Positions 1-11,772 of a DNA stretch of 64,000 bases are shown piece by piece. The position numbers and the translations under genes were made by a program. The DNA is from Lingula anatina. Lineage: Eukaryota > Animalia > Brachiopoda. Each line of letters starts with the position of its first letter. Position 1 is the first letter of the stretch. Below the pieces are notes generated by a model, which ran no database searches, had not been told where the DNA came from, and saw only the letters and a program-made list of their open reading frames with translations. The DNA is taken from positions 14,446,001 through 14,510,000 of the forward strand of contig CM120640.1 in the NCBI GenBank assembly GCA_051362555.1, given 5' to 3'.

Positions 1-52
1 ACAATCAATACATATACTTGAAAGAAAAAAAAAAGAATCAAGGCATTATTAC

Positions 53-2329
53 ATCTTTGTTAGCGATACTGCGTCGCCTTCTAGACACTTTTGCAGCTTC
101 GTTCTGGGCCTGTAAAAGAAAAAAAATGTTTTACTTTTTGTTGTTCCTATGATGCCATTATAATGTTTGTTAATCATATATGAGAATTAATGTAAACTAT
201 TCATACGAAAACAGTGCCACAAGGAATTTCGTCGATGAGGATCGATTTCGTTGTGACTTTATAATTCGAATAAAAAATATAATGCCCATTAATTTGATTG
301 CATTCAGCTAGAGTCCCCGTAAAGTAAGTGAGCATAAGCTAGGTCTACAAAATTCATTGTGAACGGTCCTTTATTTAGATCAAGGGCGTACCAACAAATT
401 GTTCAAACTTGAACTAGAGGACGCTGCTATTTGGGACCGTTTTACTGGGTTCTCGTTGCAGATGGTCACGGCTGGGAAGTCCAGTCTGGGCTCTAGTTCC
501 ACCGTGACATCTGTCTCTGTCGGCCACTCGAAGTACTTGACCGCTAACTGGCTGACGAAATAGATGAGCGCACCTGTAACAAATAAGAAGAACGCAAAAA
601 GGGAAGTTTGCCGTAGATGAACGATGTTTTATGGCGACGGTTAACTCGGTTCATTTCAAAGACCGTTGCAAACTTTCATTAGTTTGGGAAACGGCATCTG
701 GTAAAAGTTTTCACTGGATTCGGACACTTCTCTAGATCTATCAATGGTTACTGAACAGAGACAGTCTCCCCGAGAAACGGAGGGAAGGATATCTGATCAC
801 GAGTATTTCACAAGCGATGGTCGTTGTTATTTCTTGTGTACAATATCAAATTCTGACCAAAATTTCTCACCGTGTATAATCACAAGAAAAAGGATACAAA
901 TGGCCAAACTAATGAAACCGTACCGTGAAATTAGTACATGGGTGTTATTTTTGTTTGTATATTGTGCTAAGCAATACTCGGAATATTGTGTTTACCCAGC
1001 TTTTTCGCTAATCAGGCTCGTTAAGCCATGTACGTGGATATGTCAATATCTAAGTTCTATGATACATAAACCAAAATATTGATTGCCACCTCGAGAAAGC
1101 ACTATGATTTAGCCTCTGTGAAGCAAATTAATCATTGGAGCTATTGAATTGCGCCAAAAATCGACAGCGAGAAGAATGATCAAAACATGGGAATGACTAT
1201 GAAAGATGAATGAAATGATAGTCAGCCTTTTTTTCACCTTACCTGGCGGTCAACCCCATGAATAATAAGTTTACGACTGCTTTACTGCGTTTACCTTTTT
1301 TGTAACTGTCCGATCACTGGTTTTATATAATATGGGATACAAATCTGTCATCTGGCTACATGAAATTCAAACTTATTTCCTTTCAATTTTTTTTTCAATT
1401 CCCGAAACTTGAAATTTGTGAATTAGTCTGTGATGTTATCCTTTTTAAATAACATCAAATTTACAGTTGCAGCATGGAAATGAACAATACCACAACAACA
1501 GATGCGTTATTACAAAACGTGGCGTTTATACATGTGTAAGCAGTTATGGACTTACAAGTGATAGTAACAAAAAATTCTAATCCTAATTTTACTCCAAGAA
1601 AATGCATGTTTTAAGGTCACCACTCGAGGCGTATACATGTATAAGTGCAATTGCTACCTCTCAAACTACGCATCAGACAGAGGAAGTGCACAAGTAATAG
1701 AACCAGAATTAGTGTATGCAATGTGTCCATTAATGAAAACCAGAGAGAGGGAGAAATCATAAACGTTTGTTACAAATGAAACAACAGGAAAAACTCGTTT
1801 TCCAGTTGTCTTTTCAAATTATTTTTTGTACTGCAACAGCTGGTCTTAAACAACCGAAAGTACTTCATGTGCATGTATCTTTTTAAAACGTTTCTTAATT
1901 CCATGCTTAAATAACGAAAAGAAGATTTTCCACTTCAACAATAAAGACAATTTTACAAGCAGTTCTAAGTTATTAAGTTCTTCTTTGTTTTTTTTTCTGA
2001 GGACACAATCCAAAGAAAAAAGATTTATGCGTTAAGGCATAACAAGAAAATATGTATAATTCTCACGCATTTATCTGGCAGAAAAAAGATACTCGTTTAC
2101 CAAATTGTTTCATAAATATATAAATTAGACTTTGGTTACCTAATCCAGCCAGAAAAAGCAATATCCACATAATTCTCCTGGACTTGCTGTTCCGATAACG
2201 AAGAACATTTCCCAATCCATGTGCTGTGGTATTTTCCAATGCCTCTGTCCATATTTCTCCCACGCTACCACCACCACCACCGCCGCCGCCACCTTCAACA
2301 TCCACATCCATCTCGTTCGTTAGGTTCAT
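53..2329 (-). CDS. DEG/ENaC (amiloride-sensitive sodium channel / ASIC-like) subunit, 5' partial; continues off the left edge
   Basis: Exons 2329-2140, 573-392 and 109-53, all GT-AG and in frame. Translation MNLTNEMDVDVEG(9)SVGEIWTEALENTTAHGLGNVLRYRNSKSRRIMWILLFLAGLGALIYFVSQLAVKYFEWPTETDVTVELEPRLDFPAVTICNENPVKRSQ... shows the pre-TM1 HG motif, TM1 and the FPAVTICNxNP signature. The exon 3 donor position is the least certain. Confidence 0.93.
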
Positions 2330-4062
2330 AATTCATCGTGTTGGTTATTACCAAGATCTCCGTGATTTAAATCTCTTCAAATCAGCGCTTATCCAAACTC
2401 TAACTTTGTTTAAACAGCATGTCTACCCCGTAGCTGCTGAACTGTATACTGTATGCGTATAATTCAAATTTAACCATAGATACTGAACGTAGGGCGTGTG
2501 ATCACCTGCCTGTTGTTACCCCAGTCACAAAGGCTCAATTACTTTAAGGCGTCTGCAAGCAAAGAGGAAATCACTTATTTACCGGAATTAAAGCAAACCA
2601 ATTGCAAATCGCAGAACTCCAAACGTCGCTGAATGTATTAAATAATTCAATCGATTTCTCGGATTCATGATCTTACAGATAAATATCATAGCGGCGCGTA
2701 ATTTGTTTTATTTTTATTCACCTGCTTAGCTATAACTGAGTAATGAAGCTTATATGACAAGGCCAGTTCTACCTTTACTCCATTTTGTTGACATTTAAAT
2801 GGTAACAACAGACTTAAGGGAGATTGATACGTTAAAATGGCCTACATGTTCAAAATAGCTTTTCCCTTTTCTTTAATGTAAAGCACTAGGCCTATCTAGA
2901 TCATATTAGTACAATTAGATAGACTTTTAGAGCAAAAATCCCTTTTCCGTGTTTTATTCACCACCCACGCGCTTCTACCTTTAGGTCCTGCCCCAGTTCA
3001 TCGTGAATTCAACTGCTTTGTAAGTTAGTATAAGATAGTGATGGGTTTGCCGCATAACTCCGTAACTAAGTCACCATCACTAAAATTGGCATGGTTGACG
3101 ACAAGGGAGTGAAATACAATCCGGGTTGCTTGGGTTGCCTGTTACTTTCTCGTACTTTCTAAACAATTAAAGAAATCTGATGTTGATGATTTAATCCTAT
3201 TGATGTACCATAATATCTATAGTTGCTTCTTGGGACTAAATAACTTCCCCTTTGATTTACCCCACACCTTTAATTTCTGAATCTGCCAGCTATTGATTGG
3301 GATCTGTGAGACGTAGCACGTGTCGACAATTCATTACGGCACATGTGCTCATACTGGTTTAATGCAAACACTTTGACTAATTCATATGACTAATTAGTAT
3401 AAAAGCCATTTCCTTGCGGGAGCTTTAAACCCTACGACAACGAGTAAAACATGCGTACTTTGGTAATTGAGTAAAAAAAGTGTCGGGTTGACTTTCAAAT
3501 ACTTTATGACTGAACTTCTCAGCTACTCATTACAAAAGGCCATTTGTTTGCAAACGCTTGAAAAGTACGTTTTTGACGATTCAGATCCGAAAGAACTTAA
3601 TGCATATTTAATTAAAGATGTGTGTGTTTTTTTCTGGTTAATTTTATTGGCATATTCATAGGGTATATCTATAAGAACCCATCTCTACCTGTTATAAAAA
3701 TTAAAAAGGTATTTGAATATAAAACATAAGCTTATACTTCGTCTACTCATATTATCTCAAAGTATTTGTACCTCTAATATTTCAAAGCATTTGTATCTCC
3801 AATAAATCAAAATACCTGTGCCTCTAAATGCATCCCTCACTCTGTATTTAAATTTTCACCATGGTGTATTTTATGCCTAGTATTCTTCTGCATGATGAAT
3901 TTGGAGTCAAAATTTTGCCGCAAACCCGACTAAATGCCACCATATAGTTTTAAATAGCATAGCTTAAAGAGATATCAAGGAACATCGTTTTAATTTGATA
4001 AAAATTATATTTGAACAAAAATATTCTGCTTTCTTTCTGTGCTCTCTTTCTGTGCGCTCTCT

Positions 4063-4067
<5 letters not shown>

Positions 4068-4098
<31 letters not shown>
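4068..4098. repeat. (CT)n microsatellite
   Basis: Direct dinucleotide run. Confidence 0.95.
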
Positions 4099-4100
<2 letters not shown>

Positions 4101-4636
4101 AATATTTGAAGATGACGCAGTTCTATAGCTATTTATTACTTGGTATGTCCTCTATTTTAGTCGTGTAAGAAACTAGTACAAGTCTTTTATATGCGTTACT
4201 GAGAATCCACGTCCGCTTCATATGTAAATTTAATGGTTGGTGAAAATGTAGAGAAATTACCCCACCCGTCTCTGTCGCGTTTTCACCTGGGCTGGTCTAA
4301 AAGGTTCATTAATACGGCAGACTATTATCCATATATTTACAGTATTAAGTAGGGCCTACTTCCACCGCTTCCAGATTCTCAGTTGTCTGGATGTATTGCT
4401 ATTGACAGACCTATTACACAGCTCAATGATGTATATTGAAAGGCCATTAGTTATATCAACAGTCTAGTTTATAATAAACACTGTCCAATTATAGTTATGC
4501 AAAAAGCGTTTGGCCTTAGTGTAGCAAAAAGTAAAACTTTCCTGAAAACGTCAATATTTTACCATAAAACACCAAGGTAGTCCATATCCAAAATCATTGA
4601 CATAATTACGATTTATAATCCCGTTTTTCATTTCAA

Positions 4637-4645
<9 letters not shown>

Positions 4646-4685
<40 letters not shown>

Positions 4686-4701
4686 GGGGGGGGGGGGGGG
4701 G
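4646..4701. repeat. poly-T followed by poly-G homopolymer tracts
   Basis: Long T run followed by a long G run. Confidence 0.9.
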
Positions 4702-5754
4702 TTACTCCCGAAATGAAGTTGCGCACTCCTGAATTTAACTCGTAAAGGTAAAACCGTAAAAAATTAGCATAAAGCCGTCTTGCCCTCAGCAAGTTTAAAA
4801 ATGATTAAAAACAACATTTTAATTGTTGTGGAGTCTGGGTGTCTTCGGCAAGTGAAATAGAGTTTGTCAATCAAACAGTGATTATTGGAAAATACATTTA
4901 AAATTTCAGTTGAGGTTGCTTTTGTGATTACCTCTATTGCAAAACGAGAGAGTCTAACAAACAATGCGTGTTACTGCGTCGATATTAGAACAATATTTCT
5001 TAGGTTTGTGATCCTTTTATTGCAATCCCAAAACTGTTTCCAATTCCCGTAGATTTTTTAGACATAGGCATTAATCATGCTTATTTTCACTTGATAATCG
5101 ATGAAGTTGAATCATCATTTGGAATTACGGCAAAGTCTGCATATCATCAGACTCAATAGCAATCACAACACTGAGATATTGTAGGGCAAAAACCACAAAA
5201 TAGACCGGGTCCCTCTTGATAGACCAACCACGAATGTAGTGCTGTGCAAAAAAAGTGATTTTTAAAAAAATTTTCCTGACACTGTTTAGTGGGTTACTTG
5301 GGTGTAATATTAGTATCAACTAGCATGTTAGGGTGTAAACTACTGCATATTTTTCCAGGACCTGAGACAGGTGTAGTTTGTATTCCATGTAAACACCATG
5401 GAATGCATTTTTTTACGCATTTTTATTTCATTTTATTGATTTTTAGAATCTTTGCTGAATTAGTAGTTTAAATGACGCAGACATACTGAGATTTCTACCC
5501 TGCTTATAGAATGCTACAAGAACATTGAGTGGACGGTAGGTTTATGCTGCCATAGAGTAAGGAATAAAGTTTAGAAAATGTTTCCCAGAAAAATGGGACC
5601 ATACGGTCCTGTAGCTCACCGGTATGTTTGTTTTTTTTTATATATATACAAATCTCATATGTTGAAAAGTTGAGAGTGGGCCCTTACAAGGGTAGGCACT
5701 GCCACAGATGACAGTGATCTGTAATACAACGTCACTCAGTTCACCATTCGTCCT

Positions 5755-5950
5755 TCTACTGCTGGGCTAATTCACTCCTGTGTTAGATGAGCTTGCGAGA
5801 AACTTTTTTAGAATGTATTACTTAAATGGAGTTAAAACGATTCACTAGTTCATCATAGACACTAAACACCTGTTTATCAATTTGATAAAGTTTATTACGC
5901 ACAACTTTGAGTGTGCGTGAAAGCATCACCACCGGATTTATTGGACATTC
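5755..5950 (+). repeat. dispersed repeat family, copy 1 (related to ~8715-8970 and ~27310-27600)
   Basis: Shared ordered blocks ttca.tcc.tgtg.t...tga.cttg.gag ... gaat.ta.tt..t.aa..gagtt...aa..attcact.gt ... aaacac.t.t.t.atca.tttgat.aa, compared by eye. Confidence 0.6.
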
Positions 5951-7336
5951 GTGATTGGTATCAGTAACAACCTCTCACCTAATGTGAGTAATACCTGTTG
6001 TAATTTGCATAACAATAAATTACTCATCGAAGTGCAAGTTGATTTCCCGAATACTCACTTGGCAGTTTGACAGACTTGGGTGAAGCCACACCACTTTGTG
6101 TAGTGCAGTCACAAGGTTGACCTTTTACAAGGCGTGGAAGCAAATGCATGTTGGTACCGTAAGTATCACTATTTCTTCAATAACCATCGCCATTAAATAT
6201 TTAAGGAACAGACGAATGAAAGGATATTTACGACATAAGTCTTTGTACTACTCTTCCTTTTGTTACTTGTATGTCACTCGCAATGGTAGAATTTATTGAT
6301 TACAAATGTACGGGATGAACGGCGCTCTTATCTGAATTTTAATGATAACCTATGTTCGCTTGAAATGTTTTGTGTGCCCCTTGACGTTAATTCAAAATGG
6401 CGTGTGTGTTTAAATGATACATGATATAATTTATAAAAATGATCTTACGGTTACTTTTGTCTCTTTTAGGTTTCATTCCTTTTATCGATTTTTAGCTTAA
6501 AAACCAGTATTTGTAAATTTTTATTATTAAAGGTTGTATATAGGCCTATAATGTTTAAAGCAGAGCTGAAACCTTTGTATAGTACTTTGAGAAATAAATG
6601 TTGTTGTTATTATGTAGGAATAAGATAACATGATATCGTAGCTACAATAGTTTCCAGATGAGATTTGAATAATCTGTGTTTGATTAAGATTGACAAATTC
6701 TCAGAGATCTTTATTTTAATACATTTAACACACTCAATGTTGCATTTCGAGTTTCCATTACACAATAATTATTGGAAACATGTAACACAGCCTGTCGTCT
6801 CCAGTGTGTCGTATGTCGTTCATCCATTACACGGTTCACTAAATTCAGATTTGTAAATTCAAATTATGCGCAATATATTTGCTATATTTTTCGAAAAGAA
6901 TTTGTAAATAATCTCTTTTGCGCCTCTCTGAAATGCGTCAACACAATGCACATATACTGCAATAAGTATTACAACTTTTAATATCAAGATGATTATATTA
7001 ACGGTCGAAGTAATAACCTACCCCACCCAAAACGGGTTGTTTTATCAATATTTCTTTGGTTTTTTTTAGCAAGAGGTCTCCAATAATTATTATCATTAAC
7101 TAATTACAGATCAGAAATTGGGGGTAAGGAAACCCTTTTTTCTGCGTTAGCTGAGCCTAAACAGCAGACAAGTCATTAAACACACACTCCATTTCAATTA
7201 TAAGTTCCCCTCTTCTGTGATATTTTATGCCTTATTCGTATGTTAAAAGCCTGTCCGTTTAATCAAAATTTATAAACATTATTTTCTATTTTCAGACACT
7301 CAACGAACGAGTTTCTGCACAGCATGTGCTAGCAAG

Positions 7337-7340
<4 letters not shown>

Positions 7341-7406
<66 letters not shown>
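7341..7406. repeat. (AT)n microsatellite
   Basis: Direct dinucleotide run. Confidence 0.97.
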
Positions 7407-7408
<2 letters not shown>

Positions 7409-8317
7409 TGCACACAGGAACCCCATGCTCTTTCGTACAACTATTATGTAAAGACTGAATAAATACTTTTGTTACTGGACGTTTTTATTAAATTTTGATA
7501 TGAAATCATGATGATAGAGATAGTAGTAATGATATGGAGAAATGAGTATTATTATTTTGTGTTTGAGGACTTTCAAATTCCATCTGCTAAAGCTGATTTG
7601 TAAATAATGTCCATGTGATTAAATGTTTTCTATGGTGCATAAAGATATCTAAAATTGAAATAGTTGTAAATTGCCCAGTATTTTGTAAATAATGGAATTT
7701 GTTCGATTAAGTTGTTTTAATACACTTAAAATAAATATCTAAAATAGTTTCCAACAATCTTAATTTATAAATCAAATTTGTATAAATTTACAATCCTGCT
7801 TTCTAAAAAAAATCATATTTAATTTTTGTTCTCTGGCAATAAGGAACTAATTCGTTTTTCCTCTTGAATATAATTTTCTTATATAGGACGTGCTCATTTC
7901 TGACGGGTCCTGGTTTTTGCTACCCTGAATTGACTTGTATATGGTGACCTATTTTTCGTTTGTATACTTTAATTTGAAATGTTAACTTAAAGTGTATTTT
8001 TTAATGACAACCGTTGAAAGTTGCCAAAATTTATTTAATTATATTTTACATTCTGAGAATATAACATACATTTTTTCAGTACCTGTTCTCTAATCCACAT
8101 TCCGATAATCAGAAATATTTAAAATAAATTTCTGATTCCTTCGTGTATTTTTTGTTATCAATTTCGAATTTCACAAATTCCTAGAACGTGCAGTTAATAT
8201 TGTTTGTTTCTATTAAATTGTGGAATAGTTAAATTATTCACCTTTCAAATAAAATTGACTTTACCCACCTGACGTTCCTCCCATGCAATGTACTTGAACC
8301 TACTGTCACCCTTACAA

Positions 8318-8705
8318 TGAAATAGTCTCACCCCACCTGACACCCCTCAGATGAAATGGACTCACCCCACCTGACACCACCTCTGACGAAATGGACTCAC
8401 CCAACCTGACACCCCTGAGATGGAATGGACTCACCCAACCTGACACCCCTGAGATGAAATGGATTCGACCGACCTCACCCCCCTCTGATGGAATGGACTC
8501 GCCCCACCTGATACCCCCCCTCTGATGGAATGGACTCGCCCCACCTGACACCCCCCTCTGATGGAATGGCCTCGCCCCACCTGACACCTCTCTGACGGAA
8601 TGGCCTCGCCCCACCTGACACCCCTCTGACGGAATGGACTCGCCCCATCTGACACCCCTGAGGTGGAATGACCTAACTCCACCTGACATCCCTCAGATAG
8701 AATGG
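8318..8705. repeat. C-rich minisatellite, ~11 copies of a ~34-38 bp unit (TG[A/G]AATGGACTCRCCCCACCTGACACCCCTCWGA)
   Basis: Tandem unit is directly visible and explains the repetitive ORFs 8312..8689 and 8431..8709. Confidence 0.95.
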
Positions 8706-8714
8706 GCATTCCAC

Positions 8715-8970
8715 CGTTAACTTGTTCAGTCCTGTGCTTCCTGACTTTGGGAGTTAGTTTATTTGAATGTATTTCTTTAAATGGAGTTTAAAACAATTTG
8801 TTAAGTCATTATAAACACCGAACAATTATCGAGATTACTTTGAAACACCTTTCTGATCATTTTGATTAAGTTTTTCTTTGTGTTGATGCCAACTGTCACC
8901 TTCTTGAAAGTGTTGAACACTAGAACATGTATTGAAGCTTCATCTCCTGTAAGTTGTTTCGGGTACGTAC
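8715..8970 (+). repeat. dispersed repeat family, copy 2
   Basis: Colinear similarity to 27310-27600, including gaaca.tagaacat and aagct(t)tcatc blocks, and to 5755-5950. Confidence 0.6.
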
Positions 8971-11586
8971 CGAAACTAAAATATACTTGAGGTTGAGGAC
9001 AAATGTGTCAGTAAAATAAACGTGCATCTTTTAACATCCCTTTAGGTCAGTCTAATTTTTTACTAGTATTGATAACGTGCGAATAGTATCCTAAAGGGTT
9101 ATTTTTAAAACTTTCGTTACTAAAATAGATTGAAACCTTCGTTACTGAATACGAAAATTCCCCATACTAGCAAGCAAGAGATTTAGAAAAGGAGAATTCG
9201 CGAATGTATCTTTTTCACTTTTCTTTTTACTTCAGATAGATAGATATATATATCGAGAATGAGTGAAAACGCAGGCTTGCGGCCCAACCTTGGGCTGACA
9301 GCGATTGTCGACTGCGACTGTACCGACCACTGCCGACCTCGTCGCGGCTACTGCTTGCCATCTGATCAAACATAACCGACACACAATACTTCGATAACAT
9401 TGTGGGGATGTTTATAACAAGTTACATGTAATAATTAAAGTTGTGCAAATTGTAGTGGTGCAAATTATAAAATCCGTTTTGCATATTTTGTTTAAAATTA
9501 GCAAAAAAAAAAAAAAAAAAAGCATTTTGAAGCATAATTAACTAAATTAACAAAGAAATATAATTTGTAAATTTCATCAAAATTTATATATGTTAATAGA
9601 ACGTACTGGCAACGTTTCTCGATCAATAATAATAACAGTGGACATCAGATTCATAATTATCACATTTATTGTTTTGGTCTCCTGGTGTGCATCTTTCATG
9701 TGACAAAATCAAACAACGAATTTATATCTATTAAAAAACGAACTAATAATTGTATAGAGCTGTTTTTTAACGAATAATAAAATCTTATTTTAAAAGTAAC
9801 TAACAACTCCCACCTTAAATTGGTATTCATTTCACAAACCCTTGACTTTGTTTTAACAATGATCTATAGCTCTGTTTTGCGCTAAGGATTGTGGTATATA
9901 TGATGGTCCAACTAGCCTCAGGGGCACATTTTTTATTTTAAAGGATCGCAGACACATTTAGTGGTAGAATGTACTACGATGAGAGATTTCTGTGAAATGT
10001 GAATCAATTAGCTTTAGTTTGATGCCCTATACTTTATAAACGCATGCTTTATTTGATCGCAAGCCTATGAAAATAGATTTTAAAAGCACTTTACCAAAGT
10101 AACTTTTTGATGCAGAAACCTTTTATTTGGTCTCACCGCTTAAGTAAAAATTTTAAGATCTTTTTACGATTTACGCTTTCATGCATTATTGGATACGGTC
10201 ACTTTACAAGACTATGTGATTGTATTTTTAACTCGTAGTTACTTTTACATAAATTGACGAGGGGCCAAGTAACCCTGGGGTCCAAGTAGCCCTATCCCCT
10301 ATTTTTCGTGCCATTGAGGCTTATTACAGGCTTGCTGCTGTTCGGGTAGACAGGAAATGTTACACCATTTTATTTGGTTCCGGCAGTTTTGCAGGCACAT
10401 GTTAGTATGGCCATCAATGGGGAATTATGTGTTATTTGGCGTTTTCTGCCATGTATTCATCTATGACATAGCTTCATTGGGATGGATGAGATATAAAACG
10501 TGTTTCTCTGAATCTTCTCTATCGCAATGTACGGAATCTTCTACTTACAGCAAACACAATCGACCTTTATTAGAAGTGAAGTATTGATGTGTGTTGGAGA
10601 AATATTGGGGTTTGTACAAGGAAATATTGCAGGAAATTGTAACTTACAATTGCTCTGAGCAGCTGAGTTTTGATTAAGACGTCACATGTACATTATGTTT
10701 GTTTCGTTAGAGATTATATGATTTATAGATTTTCCTTATAGTTTTCACAGAATACCAGGAAACTTGATTGGCAATAACATCCCATACACCTAATCTCCAT
10801 TTTTTGGCGTTACGAAACAACTGCAATTCAGATAAAATTGACTTTGCATGTTGTATAAGGGCTAGGTCACGCGATTTTTTAATTCATAGTCATTTACCAC
10901 GGGGGTTTATAATGAAATGCATAAATGATTCTCTACCCTCGTATGCAGTGTTTATAAATGACTCTGTACAAATCGATTTTTTGCTAGTAAAGGCAATGAC
11001 GGCTATATGTTATACTGACAGGTACATAAAAACTCGCAAGTGCGTGGTCACAGCAAAAAATTAGCATCAACATAGTGTAACGCAACAGCGTCTTATTTAG
11101 TAGGCCATTTCTAGGGACAAGGACAACCAAAGCCAGTGCTGATGGGTTAACAGCGTCCCGGAAACTCCTCCAGTGCGGTACGTTGTCTTATTTAATCAAC
11201 CGATGACTTGTTAGTCAAATATACGCTTTTAATCATTGATTCCCTCCGCCGAAGCATGTGTAGAGGGCAGGCCGAGTCGTAACACTGAGGCCACTCAGCA
11301 GGTAAGGTAAGTATTATTTTATCTACCTGTCAACAACCTACAAGGCAGTAATTTGATGCGTCGTGGGCCTAACTAAGCACACGGTTGGAGTATTTTAACA
11401 GTGTTGCCACAACAGCATATTTGTATAGGTCATATCTAATCTCTCCAAAGTCGCACAAGTTCGCGGCATGCTGACAAGTAGTAATAACATAATATTGACC
11501 CCCTTTCAATTCGTTTATTATATCATACGCTGTTCTCTTCTTAAGCAGTTTATGCTTATGTTTTTTCAGAAAACGGAGTACTTTAG

Positions 11587-11772
11587 GCTGGCGTCCGTCG
11601 TTCACGCTTCGTGGCTTTCAGAGGAAGAGCCCAAATTGTCATCAGTGAGTTAGGTCTTACTCAGCCCTTCGCCTACCTCCCTCCGCCATACACCGCACCA
11701 CCTTCGAGTCACCCCGCAGACCGATACAGACACGAAGGCGGCTCGGGTATGATATATGAGATGAACGAGTGA
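11587..11772 (+). other. candidate terminal coding exon (or relic) encoding a PPPY-containing tail
   Basis: After tttag the frame reads AGVRRSRFVAFRGRAQIVISELGLTQPFAYLPPPYTAPPSSHPADRYRHEGGSGMIYEMNE*; GC-rich relative to flanks. Upstream exons could not be joined. Confidence 0.3.

Noticed and set aside
744-1082. 112-aa plus-strand ORF
   Set aside because: Lies in a DEG/ENaC intron with no recognisable motif or splice support.
2226-2462. Poly-proline ORF on the plus strand
   Set aside because: Antisense shadow of the poly-Gly tract in DEG/ENaC exon 1.
4400-5620. Transposon-like sequence around the poly-T/poly-G tract
   Set aside because: No matching termini or TSD could be defined.
8312-8709. 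Gly/Arg-rich repetitive ORFs (125 aa and 92 aa)
   Set aside because: They are translations of the minisatellite; unit lengths vary and are not multiples of three. Not a CRISPR array either, as there are no unique spacers.
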